Shown in pieces: positions 18,330-31,222 of a stretch of DNA of 64,000 nucleotides (the first letter of the stretch is position 1; each line of letters starts with the position of its first letter). Source of the stretch: the human T2T-CHM13v2.0 reference genome, Homo sapiens. A model generated the notes under the pieces. It was given only the letters and a program-made list of their open reading frames with translations. It did no database searches and was not told where the DNA came from. The stretch lies in the NCBI RefSeq assembly GCF_009914755.1, contig NC_060928.1. One strand, given 5' to 3'. The position numbers were made by a program, and so were the translations under genes.

Positions 18330-18670
18330 TTAAGTCTCCAGGATCTTGAGCCTCTTCTTATGTCTATGGGGCTTGGTGGGAGGCAACACCAGTCTGCAGG
18401 GGCAGGGGGGCTGGAGCAGACCACAGCGTTGGTGGTGGTGCCAGCCAGGACATGTAGCAACCTAGCAGTGGCTCCACCATGTGTCTCTGCACCATTTCAC
18501 ACTGGTCTTGGAACCCACTCTCCCATTTTTGCCTGTTCATTTCCTGCGCCTGATTCTCCAGCAACCCTGTCAATTCTTGAACTCTTTTAATTTTCCTTCA
18601 ATAAATTATTCTGCTTAATTCATCTAGAACTCATTTTTGTTGCTTGCAACTAAGAACAGTCTTGGATACA
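18330..18670 (+). mobile_element. ERVL LTR fragment (LTR33/LTR41-like)
   Basis: cctgattctccagc ... ccttcaataaattattctgcttaa ... tgttgcttgcaactaagaac ... gataca. Confidence 0.6.
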
Positions 18671-19440
18671 TGGGTCCATACAAAAGATGGTCTGGATTTG
18701 AACTTGGGAGAGACAACAGAGGCTGAGAGTAAGTTGGATTACTCCGCAAAAAGAGATAAAAACTTCGCCTTTTTCCTCCTGAGAAAGAGGAGGAAAGAGA
18801 AGAGAAGAAATAGAAATGGGAAAAAAGAGAACATAGCCAAGGAGCATGAATGGCTTAAAGGAACACTGAAGAAAAGGAATTTGGTTGCTAGCATGCAGTT
18901 AGGAGTGATTTGTGCATTGCTACCTAACCCTCATCCCCATTAAGCCAAACAAGCACTCACGTGGATCTTGTGTGGGTAGATATTTTTGGTGGAAATCAGT
19001 GAAGGAAGAGGTTCAATTTGAAACAGAACAAGGATACACTTTGCTGAGCATTGTGACAAAACTGTCACAACCAATTACCCAATGAATATATGGGCAGCGG
19101 GAGATTTAGAGATGATTGGAAAAGGCTTAAACTATCCCATCCTGCCCCACCCTTCAAATCCCTTCAGAGATGGGAAAAGATAAATAACCCTTGCAGTATA
19201 CAGAATTAGATTTAAGTCTTTTCACTTGAATTTCAAAAGACAACCCACTTCAGCTGATGTATGGGTTCAAAACAAGAGCTCAGCCAAAAGAAAGTAAATT
19301 AAATTTTCTTTAAACACGATGTTTGAAGGTTCTCCAAAAGCTTGCAGTTTTTCTCTATTTTCTGAGCTCAGCTGGTGGGAGACACAGGATGGCCTCTATC
19401 CAGGATACTCCAAAAGTCTCAATGATTGGATATGACCCCT

Positions 19441-20005
19441 TGTGTCAGTCAGGTTTCTCTAGACGGACAGAACTAATAGGATATTTGTATATATGAAAGG
19501 GAGTTTATGAAGGAGAATTGACTCACCTGATCACAAGGTGAAGTCCCACAATAGGCCGTCTGCAAGCTGGGGAGCGAGGAAGCCAGTGGTGGATCAGTCC
19601 AAGTGCCAACACCTCAAAAGTGGACAAGCTGACAGTGCAGCCTTCAGTCTGTGGCCGAAGGCCCAAGAGCCCCTGGCAAACCCCTGGTGTAAGTCCAAGA
19701 GTCCAAAAGCCAAAGAACTTGGAGTCTGATGTTGGAGTGCAGGAAGCATCCAGCACGGGAGAAAGATGGAGGCCTGAAGACTCAGCAAATCGGCTTCTTC
19801 CACCTTCTTCTGCCTGCTTTTCCTAGCTACGTGGGCAGCCGATGGGATGGTGTCCACCCACATTGTTCGTGGGTGTTCATCTCCCAGTCTACGGATTTAA
19901 ATGTTAATCTCTTCTGGCCATACCCAGAAACACCCAGATACATCCAGAAACAATACTTTGCATCCTTCAATCCAATCAAGTTGACACTTAATATTAACCA
20001 TCGCA
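19441..20005 (-). mobile_element. MLT2A2 (HERV-L) solo LTR
   Basis: aagtcccacaataggccgtctgcaagctg ... aatactttgcatccttcaatccaatcaagttgacacttaatattaaccatc. Confidence 0.9.
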
Positions 20006-20521
20006 ATCTTATAATCAGAACAATATCACAGGGATGAAAGGAAGAAAGTGAAGTCCTATTTTCTTGGAAAAACTTAGGGTCAAAGCCAGCGAAGCTGGGA
20101 TCAAAAAAGAGATACAACCCTCAGGCAAGAAACGAAGCAGGAGCTGGAACTGAACAAGAAGCACCTGGGTAATCAGAGCACCTGGAGAGGAAGAGGCTTG
20201 GGCTTACATTTGCTGATGTCTGGGAGGTTCCAGCTGACCTGAAGTTCAGGTTAAAGGAAATAGCTGCAATCTATGATGAAATCCCCATCACCCACTAATA
20301 AACATCAAGTGTTCCTATGCGGGCCCTCCAATATCAAGTAACAATGTGTGCTAAATACATCAGCCCCCGTACTTCCTTGCTGTTTTGTAGAAAGATTGGT
20401 GTACTTTCCTCCTACCAAAGTCATCTTACAGATAAATTAATTCTGCTGTTTTTAAACTGCCTTTATCTCCATGGTCTTGGCATTTACGTGCCACATTTTT
20501 TTCGGTTGTATGTTAATGTGA

Positions 20522-20966
<445 letters not shown>

Positions 20967-21511
20967 TAAATTGTAGAAAGCTGAGTCATGCAAATATTTG
21001 TGACCAGATCAATGCAAATGAATTGTGTCTCATAGAATGCAATTGCTCTGTGGATACTTATCAGTTTGTATCTATTAAGAAAATTTATTTCTGCATTCCT
21101 GATTGCCTCAGAGTAGACACTCAAAAATGTTTGTTGACTGAATAAATGATATATGAATGAAGCTTAAAATAGAAACCATAAGAACCCTCCAATTAAAGTG
21201 TACCATTCTTATAGGTAAGGTGGGATTCATAGCACACCGCTCATCTTTCAGCTGCCAAGGAGCCTTGTCCACAATGCCTCTAGGCCCTTCAGCCTCTACA
21301 GGTTCAGCTACTCACTACTTAATGCTCACTCAAATATAGTCTCAAATGAGGGCACTCCCACTTGCTGTCTTTTTTTCCCCCTCCAGTCCTTGAGATATCA
21401 TGCATGGGTGGGATCTTTGATCTTCTGCTGAATAAAGGCAGCAGACTACCTAGAAAGGAAACTGCAGAGTTACAATAGGTACACCTCACCATGGAACACT
21501 ATACATCAATT

Positions 21512-21558
21512 AGAGAGAGAAAAAGAAGACAGAGGGAGAGAGAGAGAGAGAGAGAGAG
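21512..21558. repeat. (GA)n microsatellite in probable L1ME debris
   Basis: Seen directly. Confidence 0.85.
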
Positions 21559-21883
21559 AAGTGGCAGAAAGATGTGGAACTTATCCAGGATGCCGAACGT
21601 TAAAAAAACTCAAATTGCAGAAGAACATGTTAGTATGATCCCATTCTTGTTAAAGCACTCGCATATAAGTTGGTGTATTCATGAAACAAAATGAACACAA
21701 TCATATGCCAAACCTTTAAAAGAAAGTTGGGATTACGGAAAATGTTTCCTTTACAGACCATGTGTTTCTGTAATGTTTCAATTTTTTTTTTTACAATAAT
21801 CACATATCACTTTTGTAGTAATAAAAAAAAAACCTACAATTTTTTTAAGAGGAAAAGCAGTTGATTCTACAAATAGAAACCCA

Positions 21884-22210
21884 TCTTAGTTCACTTGGGC
21901 TTCCATAAAATATACCAAAAACTAGATAGCTTATAAACAGCAGAAATTTATTGCTCACAATTCTGGAGGAAGTCTAAGATCAGGGCACTGCAGATCCACT
22001 CTCTGGTGGGGGACTGTTTTCTGGTTCATAGGTGGTGCCTTCTTGCTCTGTCCACACATGGCGGAAGAGGCAGCGCAGTTCTCTGCGGTCTGTTTTATAA
22101 GACACTAAACATTCTCACCTTACGGTATTTCTACCTCCTACTACCATCACATTGGTGGTTAGGTTTCAACACATGAATTTTAGGAAGATACAAACATTTA
22201 TCCCATAGCA
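21884..22210 (-). mobile_element. MaLR solo LTR (MLT1A/MSTD-like)
   Basis: gcttataaacagcagaaatttattgctcacaattctggagg ... tttcaacacatgaattttaggaagatacaaacatt. Confidence 0.8.
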
Positions 22211-23252
22211 GAACCCTAAGATGCAGGCCCCAAGGCAGTTTTTGTGGGTGCCCAATGTAGGAAACATTAGTTTTTATAATATAATACTATTTTCAATCAG
22301 AACCAAAGAAAAAAAGAAATTGGGCAAATAGTGTTATCTTCAAACACAAAAGATAGCAACATTTTCAATGTAATGGTTTTCAAAGTACTCTGATAGAAAC
22401 ACACCTGGAATAAAACAAAGTTTATTAGGATTTTTCACTGTTTGATAGTGTTCATTATCTTACAATGACCTTAGTGCCAGGAATAATTCATCAGAGAAGT
22501 CTTCCTGTCACTGACGAATCTTGAAATGCTTTGTAAGTTTCCATCAATGTCAGTGTTTCCCAAGCTTGCTTTTAAAAGCATTTATTAAGCATCTAATGGG
22601 TGCCTGATATTTTATTACTTTCTTTCACATGACTATTTTCTTTTTGATTAAACCTTATTTAGTAAGTATTATTTTTCTCCTGTTTTTAGATGAGAAAACA
22701 AGGACTTAGGGTGGTTAGGAAACTACCTGATTACCAGCCACCTTGATATGAGGTAAAATGGGGAATGTGTGTATAAACGAAATAGAATTCAAACTGGAAC
22801 CACTGTGCTAAGTGAACACAAGTGTCTCATTTCGTGGAGGACTCACCTTGGGCAACTGGCCCAGCACTCCTCAGTTATTTAGATCTAACACTTCCTTACA
22901 CATTTGGGGAACATTGTTCTCAAACAGAAGGTCAGATGGTCCCTGAAGTCTACACATGAACTCCTTAAGAAACATTCCCGGAGTCCTATGACTAGGAAAT
23001 AGCTTAGGTTTCTATGAGCTCTGATCCATTTGGATAGTTATAAACTCCCAAAAAGTGATATCTGAGCAGACATCATGTGTCATCGTGAAAATAAAATCAT
23101 TGCACTGACTTATCTGAAATAGTCCTTAATATTCTAGCCACTGCCCCCTTAAGGCCATACTGTACAGACTTTTGGATTTGACAAACGTGGTCATCACCAC
23201 ACTGACAATTTAATCCCAATACTTCAGTGATGGTGCTGTGTGCTCACTGATA

Positions 23253-23332
23253 TTAGGTTGGTGTAAAAGTATTTGCAGTTTTTGTCATTACTTTCAATGG
23301 CCAAGCCCGCAATTACTTTTGCACCAGCCTAA
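23253..23332. mobile_element. MADE1 (80-bp Hsmar1-derived MITE)
   Basis: ttaggttggtgtaaaagtatttgcag ... ccgcaattacttttgcaccagcctaa; palindromic, TA at left. Confidence 0.95.
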
Positions 23333-23377
23333 TTCATTTTACCCTAGAGGTAAGCAAATGTGGCCATATTTTTATAC

Positions 23378-23396
23378 CAGCACCAGGGGGCAGCAA
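23378..23396 (+). promoter_or_regulatory. Candidate CTCF motif
   Basis: cagcaccagggggcagca is one mismatch from the CCACCAGGGGGCAGC core; motif match only. Confidence 0.45.
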
Positions 23397-23789
23397 TGTG
23401 CAAATAAGGCCGCTCTGTGGCCTCCTCTGTTTGGCCTGGTTTGGGAGGAGGATGTGGTTCTCATTCCCTAGTGCTTCTCAGATTTAAAATAATGGTAATG
23501 TAATCATTTCAGCTCTGCTCTGGAAACTGCTGGTGCTAATTCATTTCAGATAAAAATACGCAGACTACACACATGTGCATCAAATCAGTCTTTTCAGGAC
23601 TCAGGGTCTGCTCATTTGGGCATTTGTTCACCTAACCTTTAATCAGAAACTACTGCGTGCCAGGTACCGCCCTGGATGAGGCCATGCTCCCATCCAGTGG
23701 GGAAACAGACACACCCCATCCAAAACCACAACCTTCCCTACTTTTTCAGTTTCCCTTAAGCACTTATTTTTTAAATTTTTTTCTTGTGA

Positions 23790-23925
23790 GTGATTTGTCT
23801 ACCTTGTTGGAACATAAACTCCTTGACAGCTGGGATTTTTATCTGTTTTGTTCACTGGAGTATCCCTAGCTACTAGAACAGCACCTGGGACATAATTAGG
23901 GTTCAATAAATATTTTTTGAACGAA
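23790..23925 (+). mobile_element. L2 3' end
   Basis: tctgttttgttcactggagtatccctagctactagaacagcacctggg ... tcaataaatattttttgaacgaa. Confidence 0.8.
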
Positions 23926-24079
23926 CAGGTATAAAATTATTGAGACACACCATAATGGAGGTGGACGTGCATATCTTCATATGAACTAGATTACGCTAAA
24001 TTATTCACTTGAATAAATTTATTGTTTTATCATTCCCACTAGCAGTGAATGGGAGTGATGCCCGAAAATAACATTAAAT

Positions 24080-26310
24080 TATCTGGTATTAGCATTAGAA
24101 GGAATTTGGGACATCACCAAATTCTCCTTTTACAGAAGAAGAAATTGAAGCCAAAGTGAAGAAGAGATTTGCCCAAGGCTACCTACATCCAGACGGTCGC
24201 GTCAGGATTCCAAGCCAGGACTTCTGACCCCAGCCCACTGTGTTTTCACCACACACCCTGCTGCCTGCCTGACTTTTTCATTTTCCTCAAATATCACCTC
24301 CTGGAACTATCAACTGCATAAGTTAATGACCTGATCTGTCTAATTCTTATTTGGTAATTGGCAGAGACCAGACTTGGCTGTCTGCATTCAAGGTCTCCAA
24401 ATCAACCCTCTTAAAGGCATCTCTGCTCAGCCTCTCTGCATGAGATCTGGTATTTAGTTCCTAGCACCCACTGTGTACTAAGTTCTTCAGAAACATGTGG
24501 TCATTTGAACCTCACAACAATCCTACGCAAGTGCTATTACTATTCTCGTTTTACTGATGAGAAAATATAATAACAGTGTACATTGAACCCACAGGGCATG
24601 CAGCAGGAACTCAGGATTGTTCTAAGGATTCCATACTTGTGAGCTCATTTAATTCCCTGACAGCCTTTGAAGTGAGTGCTGTTACTGTTTTCTACTGTAG
24701 ACATGGATATTGAAGTCAAAAGAAGGCAAGATGTTTGTCCAAGGCCATATCGCTGGGAAATGGCAAAGCCACCCTGTGTTTCATTACTGTGCTCTCCTTC
24801 CCCACTGAAAACAGAGGAGCTGTGGAGTCACGGGCACAAGGTCACACGGGCTGTGCCAGCTGAATCCACTTTTGTGCATGGTTTTTTCACAACGAGCTGG
24901 AGGTTTGGGCCAGAAAACCCTTTTGTTTGAAAGTCACAGATCTGAAACTCAGCACAAAAGAGGAGAAAGTGATAATGCAAAAGCTGCCTGGGCTGCAAGC
25001 AGCGTTTCCTCTTTGGGTTTGTTTTCCTTTCTAATTTGCCAAGCTCTTTCCAGGCTGAGGCAGCTGCCACACAAAGCTCTTGAGGAGATCCCACTAGCTG
25101 GCCAAGGGACAACCATTAGACAGATGGGCTGGACCTTCTGTTTCCACCCTTCCATCTGGGCACCAAGAGCCTGGGTCTGCCGTGGGTGTGGGGACACCCT
25201 GAAGCTTGCCCATTCCAGGCTCAACCGGATAATGAACTGAAGTCACCTCATAGCAACTTGGACGTGATGTTTGTGGGAATGAAGCTGGTTTGCTCTGTTA
25301 TTCTGTTGAATTAATCTGGGCTCTGAGCCCCCTTGAAAATCATCAGGAGAACACAATCTAAAAAGATGGGCAGGAAGTGGTTCTTTTGCTGGCCGGAGGT
25401 GATTTTGCTGATTGAACTTTTACATGTGGTACGGAACAAATGAACAGAAAAGGCTCGGCTTACGAATCCTCTGCCGTTAGTTCATCTGCACATGTTCTGA
25501 CCTCTGAAACTGAAGCATGCTGGTAAATCTCAGAGCCTCTTTCCAGCAGTGTCAAACAGTGTGATGAACAAAGGCTTTGAAGTCTGGTATACCAGGGGGT
25601 GCTTCACAACATACCCTGGGTGACTATATGACTCTGCCAGGTAACTTTGCCTCTCTGAGCCTCAGTGTCCTCATCAATGAAATGCAAGTTATAAAGCCTT
25701 TCTCACAAGGTTGTTGTAAATGTCTGGCACCTAGTATGTGCTCAATAAATAATGCCTATTATCATTCGGGAGAAAACTTTCATGGCCTAAACTATGGCAA
25801 AGGAGCAGGTCTGAGTCCTGGCTCCATCTCCTGCTGGCTAGCGGGCTTCTGACATGTCATCTCCCTTCCTGCAACCTTGAATTTGACCTCTGACTGGAAG
25901 CGAGGAGATTGAAATATTCCCATCTTTAAGGTCTCTGACTAATCTGCAGTGACTCTCCCACTAGATGATCACTTCCTCCCGTACACACGCTCGCTCACTC
26001 TCTCTCTCTCTCTCTCTCTCACTGTCTTCTAGAGTTCATGAGGGAGGAGGATAATACAGGGATCCCAGGCTCTTTGCTGCCAATCTCTGGGAGAAAGACA
26101 GGATTTACTGAACAGCTACTAAGTGCCAGGTGCTCATTATTTATTCTCCCACTTAAACCCCTCAGTAACCCTTGATTGGATACTGTCGTCTGTAGTTTAC
26201 AAAAGAGGAAATAGAACCTGGGGAGGTTTCCACAACCTTCCCAAAGTCACAGTAACTGAAAGAGGCAAAATCCATGCTTATACCCATCTGCCTATTTCCC
26301 AACCACTTCT
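24080..26310. mobile_element. Cluster of MIR/MIR3 fragments (~24080-24250, 24460-24770, 25560-25760, 25790-25930, 26100-26310) in unique DNA
   Basis: Recurrent cores such as ttttacagaagaagaaattgaagcc and ctctctgagcctcagtgtcctcatc. Confidence 0.65.
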
Positions 26311-27259
26311 GCTCTAGATGATCTCAAGACTTTGGTAAAATGAAATTTATTTTTCTATAGACAGGTCAGGCACCCATGGTCTATGAAAAACTCACAGCAA
26401 ATATTGCTGCTGATAACAGCGAAGCACTTTTCCAACTCCACTGTAATGCTGAAATGGGAAGCAAATAAAAGAGGTATTTCCTAGCCTTTTATGATGGACA
26501 CATTTACAATTTAATTTAGTCATACTGGTTTTGTAGAGTAATGAATCATTTAAGAAGAAAGCCCACGGTAAACAATTCCAATTAGCCTTTGGAAAGCTCC
26601 CCAGATGCTGTGGTTTTGGGTTTTCCATGTTGCAGCTGATTATCCCAGCTGTAGCCACATCAGCCAGCTCATCGCATAGTGCAGAAGAAAACACAGTCAT
26701 CACTGAGCAAAAAATCACTGAAGACAAAATGAAGTCCTTCTTGCCTTGGCTTTTCTCCTGTTATATTTTTGATAATGTCTGTTAGGGAAATGACCAAAAA
26801 CAACTAAGAAACAACTTGATATTTCCCTCATTTCACATTCCCTGGGCAGCCACTGATGGGTTGAAGAGAACCAAATTACTAAAATGCACTTGGTTGTTGG
26901 ATAATCAGGGGAAGTGTTTTGTATCTCAGGGTTTGGATGTGACATTTCTGGCCCACTCTACAGGGCAGAAACCTAGCCATTCTTTCCTAATTGCTAAGTT
27001 CCCCTCATAAAATCCATCTCCAGGGGAAAACTTTAATTTAGATAGGTCATAAGTTGGAGCCTCTGCCAAAGACAGCACAGGCCGAGAGAAAAGACAATAG
27101 TTCTGCCACGGTAATCCTTGGCCACCAGAAATGATGGGGACAGCTTCCTTTTTCCCCTCCCTAAGAAGCTATTTTTCTATTTGGTTCATTTTACTTGTAA
27201 CAGCAATGGATAGGATTATTAGACATCAAAGCCAATCTGAAAGAAACTCCTTCGACCCT

Positions 27260-27261
<2 letters not shown>

Positions 27262-27301
<40 letters not shown>
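27262..27301. repeat. (CA)~20 microsatellite
   Basis: Seen directly. Confidence 0.97.
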
Positions 27302-27303
<2 letters not shown>

Positions 27304-27875
27304 CATTGAAAAGAAACTTAAGGGGAATGCTTCTGTTTAAATACATACTTCTTGGCAGAATTTGTTTTAAAATCGGTCAGATTTTCTCCAGAAGAAGCAC
27401 CAGCCTAGAGAGTCAAGGAAACTGGTTTGGAGCCTCAAAGTCTGGGGCACGCAGGTGTATTGTATTAGTCAGTGGAGGCCAACTGCTGTAACAAACAGCC
27501 CCCTTTGTGGCTTGACACAATAAAGGCTTACTTCTTGTTAATGCCACATTGCAACGAAGGTAGGCAGGTGGGGGTGCTCTGTTTTAGTCAAGGACACAGG
27601 CTGTTTCATCTGCTGACTCTGCTATCATTTAGGGCTTCAGGATCCTTCATCCACTAGCTCTGATCTTCTTAAGGGCCTCTGAGTCCATCACTGGACACTC
27701 TGCCTCCAAACAGCAAACAAAGGAAGAGAGGGCACTGGGGTTAGCTATGGAGAATTTTAGAGAGCAGGCCTGTTGGCGACAGACATCTTTCGTGTACACA
27801 TTCCATTGGCCAGAACTCATTCACATGGCCACCTAGCTGCCAGTGAGGCTGAGAAATGCAGTCTGGCTATGTGCC

Positions 27876-28946
27876 TGTGCCATAATAAGAAATACATATT
27901 TGGTCTTTGTCCCCAGTTCCTGGCATGTAGCTCCTAAAACCCTTGCAATGTGCAGAGTGATAAGGTGTCTTTTTGTGTGCTAATAAGATGGCTGGTGGCT
28001 GGAGGCTGGAGGCCCCTGCCTAGCCTCAGGAAAGACCAAGGCATAAGTAGAAAGCTGGAACTTTCAGTACCACCCTCAGACCCGTGAGAAGGGGAAAGGG
28101 GCTGGAGAATAAATTCAGTTGCCAATGGCCAATGATTGAATCAGTCATGCCCATAAAATGGAACTTCCGTGAAAACTGCTAAATGACGGGGCTCAGAGAG
28201 CTTCGAGGTTGGTGAACGCATAGAGGTACTGGGAGGGTGGTGCACTCAGATGTGTGCCTCCCCATACTTTGCCCCATGCACCTCTTCCATTGGCTGTTTC
28301 TGAGTTTGTAGCCTTTATCATAAGCCAGAGGCCAGGTGCGGTGGCTCACACCCGTAATCCCAGCACTTTGGGAGGCCGAGGCGGGCGGATCACGAGGTCA
28401 GGAGTTCAAGACCAGCCTTGCCAATATGGTGAAACCCCGTCTCTACTAAAAATACAAAAATTAGCTGGGCATCATGGCGTGCACCTGTAATCCCAGCTAC
28501 TCAGGAGGGTGAGGCAGGAGAATCACTTGAACCCAGGAGGTGGAGGTTGCAGTGAGCAGAGATCGTGACACTGCACTCCAGCCTGGGCGACAGAGCGAGA
28601 CTCCGTCTCAAAAAAAAAAAAATCGAGAAAACATAAACGAAATGTTTCCCTGGGTTTTGTGAGCTGTTCTGCAAATTATTAAACCTGAGAAGGGGGTCAT
28701 GGGAACCCCCGATGTATAGCCTATTAGAAGTATAGAGAGCTCAGGACTTGTGACTAGTGTCTGAAGTGGGAGCTGTCTTATGGGACTGAGCTCTAACTAA
28801 GAGGTGTATGCTAACTCTTGGTAGTTGGCAAAAAAATTGAATTGAAATGTAGGGGACCCAGCTGGTGTCTGGAGAATTGGAGAATTGGTAGATATAAGGG
28901 GAAAAAATACATCTTTGGAATGAAAGTGTTGTGATAAAAATAGCTC
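27876..28946 (+). mobile_element. MER21C-like LTR containing an Alu
   Basis: tttggtctttgtccccagttcctggc ... gctcctaaaacccttg ... ccaatggccaatgatt ... acccagctggtgtctggagaattggagaattgg; near-TSD gtgcc/gtgac. Confidence 0.8.
28330..28622 (+). mobile_element. AluS (Sg-like)
   Basis: gatcacgaggtcaggagttc; full dimer with A tail. Confidence 0.95.
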
Positions 28947-29233
28947 AGTGACCAAAAGATGAAAGGAAATTGAAATTGATGGACACATGGCATATTTTTA
29001 CTACTAAATGTATTGAACAACTACTGCCACAGGAGGGGTCTGTGACATTTTCTTAGAACAAGTTAATTTTGGGTTTTTTGTTCCTGAGAATGTGTTGATA
29101 TTCTAAACAGTTTATTACTCAGAAAACCATTGTTCTTTCACGTAGGGGTTAAGAAAATGTAAGTTAGTGATCAAGCAAAGATCAGGAATTAGGTGAGATG
29201 GAAAGAGGGAGACCCATTTTGCTCATTACTTGA

Positions 29234-30167
29234 AGATCTTGTTAAAGTTTGCTTTATAGATGGCATCTAAAAGGGTGTGTTTGGGGATATAGTTTCCTGA
29301 CGCACGTAGAAACGGTGTTTGGATTCAAACTCCACGAATGGCACTACCAAGCCAGTTCTGGAGAAGGCAGAGCTGCCACTGGCTCCAAGCAGAAAATATG
29401 GGGCCAGGAACAGAACATTTAGTCAAAAGGGCTTAGGAGCCAGGAAAATTCAGAATCAAAATAGTCTTAAAGGCAGTGACCAGGAGAAGCCAGGGAATTC
29501 TGCCATGAACATTAATTTCCTCTATTCTCTGAATGTTCATTTCATTGAGCACCTTCAGCATGCCAGTTTCCATGTTGGAGAGTACAATGATGAGGGAAAC
29601 TCCATCCCTGCCTGCAAGTTGGAAATGCTTGTGGGTGGACACTGGCCACGTGGTGTGTGGGTAGGCTTGACTGACCTAAGAGTCTACGGTTAAAGGGTGA
29701 AGCAGAGTTCTGACAAATGTCAGCTTTAGCAGCCACTAAGATGCCTCCACCCACTCAAGGCAAAATACACTCCTGATACTCTTGTCTTCCTTTGTAAGAA
29801 TTCCCAAGTCACACCATACCCAGTTCACATCATGGAAACACTGAACTGGGGAATTTTAGAATTGAAAGAGGTTGTGCAAATTACTTAGTCCAGCCTTTTT
29901 GTTTTTCATCAGGGGAGAAGGAAAAACTGACCTGTATTGTATGTAGATGAGCCCCAAAGACTCACTTGGACACCAAGATCAGGCAGGCTGTCAGAACAGG
30001 ACAACTACCATTTGGAGCCAATGGCAGCTCTGCCTTCTCCAGAACTGGCCTTGATAGTGCCATTCATGGAGTTTGAATCCAAACACCGCTTCTACGTGCT
30101 TCAGGAAACTATATCCCCAAACACACCCTTTTAGATGCCACCTAAAAAGCAAACTTTAACAAGATCT
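29234..30167. repeat. Inverted repeat: arms 29234-29388 and 30012-30167, ~95% identical, ~620-bp spacer
   Basis: Manual alignment of arm 1 to the reverse complement of arm 2: 7 substitutions and 1 indel over ~156 bp. Confidence 0.97.
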
Positions 30168-30689
30168 ATGCAGCATGGTAATGGCTAAAACTATTTCATT
30201 CAGCAAGCATCTATTGCAATCTCAATACAAGAGCCATTCACCTTCCTTGACAATTGCCTTCACATTTCTCTGATGTCTTCTCCTTCAAACATGCCACTAG
30301 CCTGTTTCACTGATTTCTACCCAGTGATCTCAGTTCTCCACCCTGGAGCTCTTATGAAATTCATCTGATCCTTCTTCCATTTTAATACATGTAACGAAAA
30401 CTTATTAAACATCTATTGCATCTGTTAGAGACTCAGCAAGACAAAGAAAGCACATTAGGATGAAGTCCCTGAGAAACATTTAATAAATGATACACATATT
30501 TCCAAAGGTTTGGGTGAGGTTAAAATAAAACAATGATTTGGTGCATTAACTACGGCTAGCCACGGAGGGGAGCCATTACCACCTCTACCACTCCAAAGGG
30601 GCAGGAAGAAGAAGTTAACTCTAGGAGACAGCCCAGACAGAATCTGTGGCTTGGGATAGAAGGATTCCACCTTACACACTGCAGCCTGC

Positions 30690-30900
30690 TAACCTGCATG
30701 GGACGGAGCAAAAGGATGAAAACAGACCTCCCTCTTCTGCCCTTTCATCTCCCACCTGCACCTCTTGTTGGCAGAACCTAACCAGAAGCCAGAGGTCATA
30801 GGAATCTATGGATGCAGTCAATGCAGGTCAGCTTCCCACGTCCAGGGCAGGACGAAGACTGGAGTGTTTGGGTTGGGGGACAAATGGAGAACACCCAGCC
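30690..30900 (-). mobile_element. LTR33-like ERVL LTR fragment
   Basis: ttggcagaacctaaccagaagccagagg ... gatgcagtcaatgcaggtcagcttccc ... gggacaaatggagaacacccagc. Confidence 0.65.
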
Positions 30901-30902
30901 CT

Positions 30903-31222
30903 CACACATGCCAGGCACTTAACAGAGGAGTTAAGAAAACAGACTTGGTCCTTGATTGCATAGACTGTAAAGGGCATTGGTTGAGAGAGGAAATAGACAA
31001 GTACACTTACTAAAAAACTCTGCTAAATGTATGAAGGAAAGACTGGACTCTATGAGAGGTAATAATAGGGGATCAATTTTAGACTGGACGTTCAAAGGTC
31101 TTTCCGTGGATGCAGCATTTATGCTGAGATCTGTCGGACGAGAAGGAGCCAGCCAGGTGAACCAGGGGAAGAGGAGCATCCCAGACAGAAGAAGAGTGTG
31201 GTCAAAGACCCTTGGGACAGGG
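30903..31222 (-). mobile_element. L2 fragment
   Basis: atgccaggcact ... gcatttatgctgagatctg ... gaaggagccagccagg ... gggaagaggagcatcccagacaga. Confidence 0.75.

Larger units (their letters stand above)
27461..29030 (-). mobile_element. MLT1K-like LTR split by MER21C
   Basis: tgtattagtcag ... gctgtaacaaacagcccc ... cacattccattggccagaactc ... gctgagaaatgcagtct; tail ends ctgccaca at 29030. Confidence 0.7.

Noticed and set aside
26392-26727. 111-aa minus-strand ORF roughly bounded by an acceptor-like ttttgtcttcag (26718) and donor-like gtgagt (26395)
   Set aside because: The peptide resembles no family I know, the donor context is weak and no partner exons are visible. The region could still be conserved non-coding DNA.
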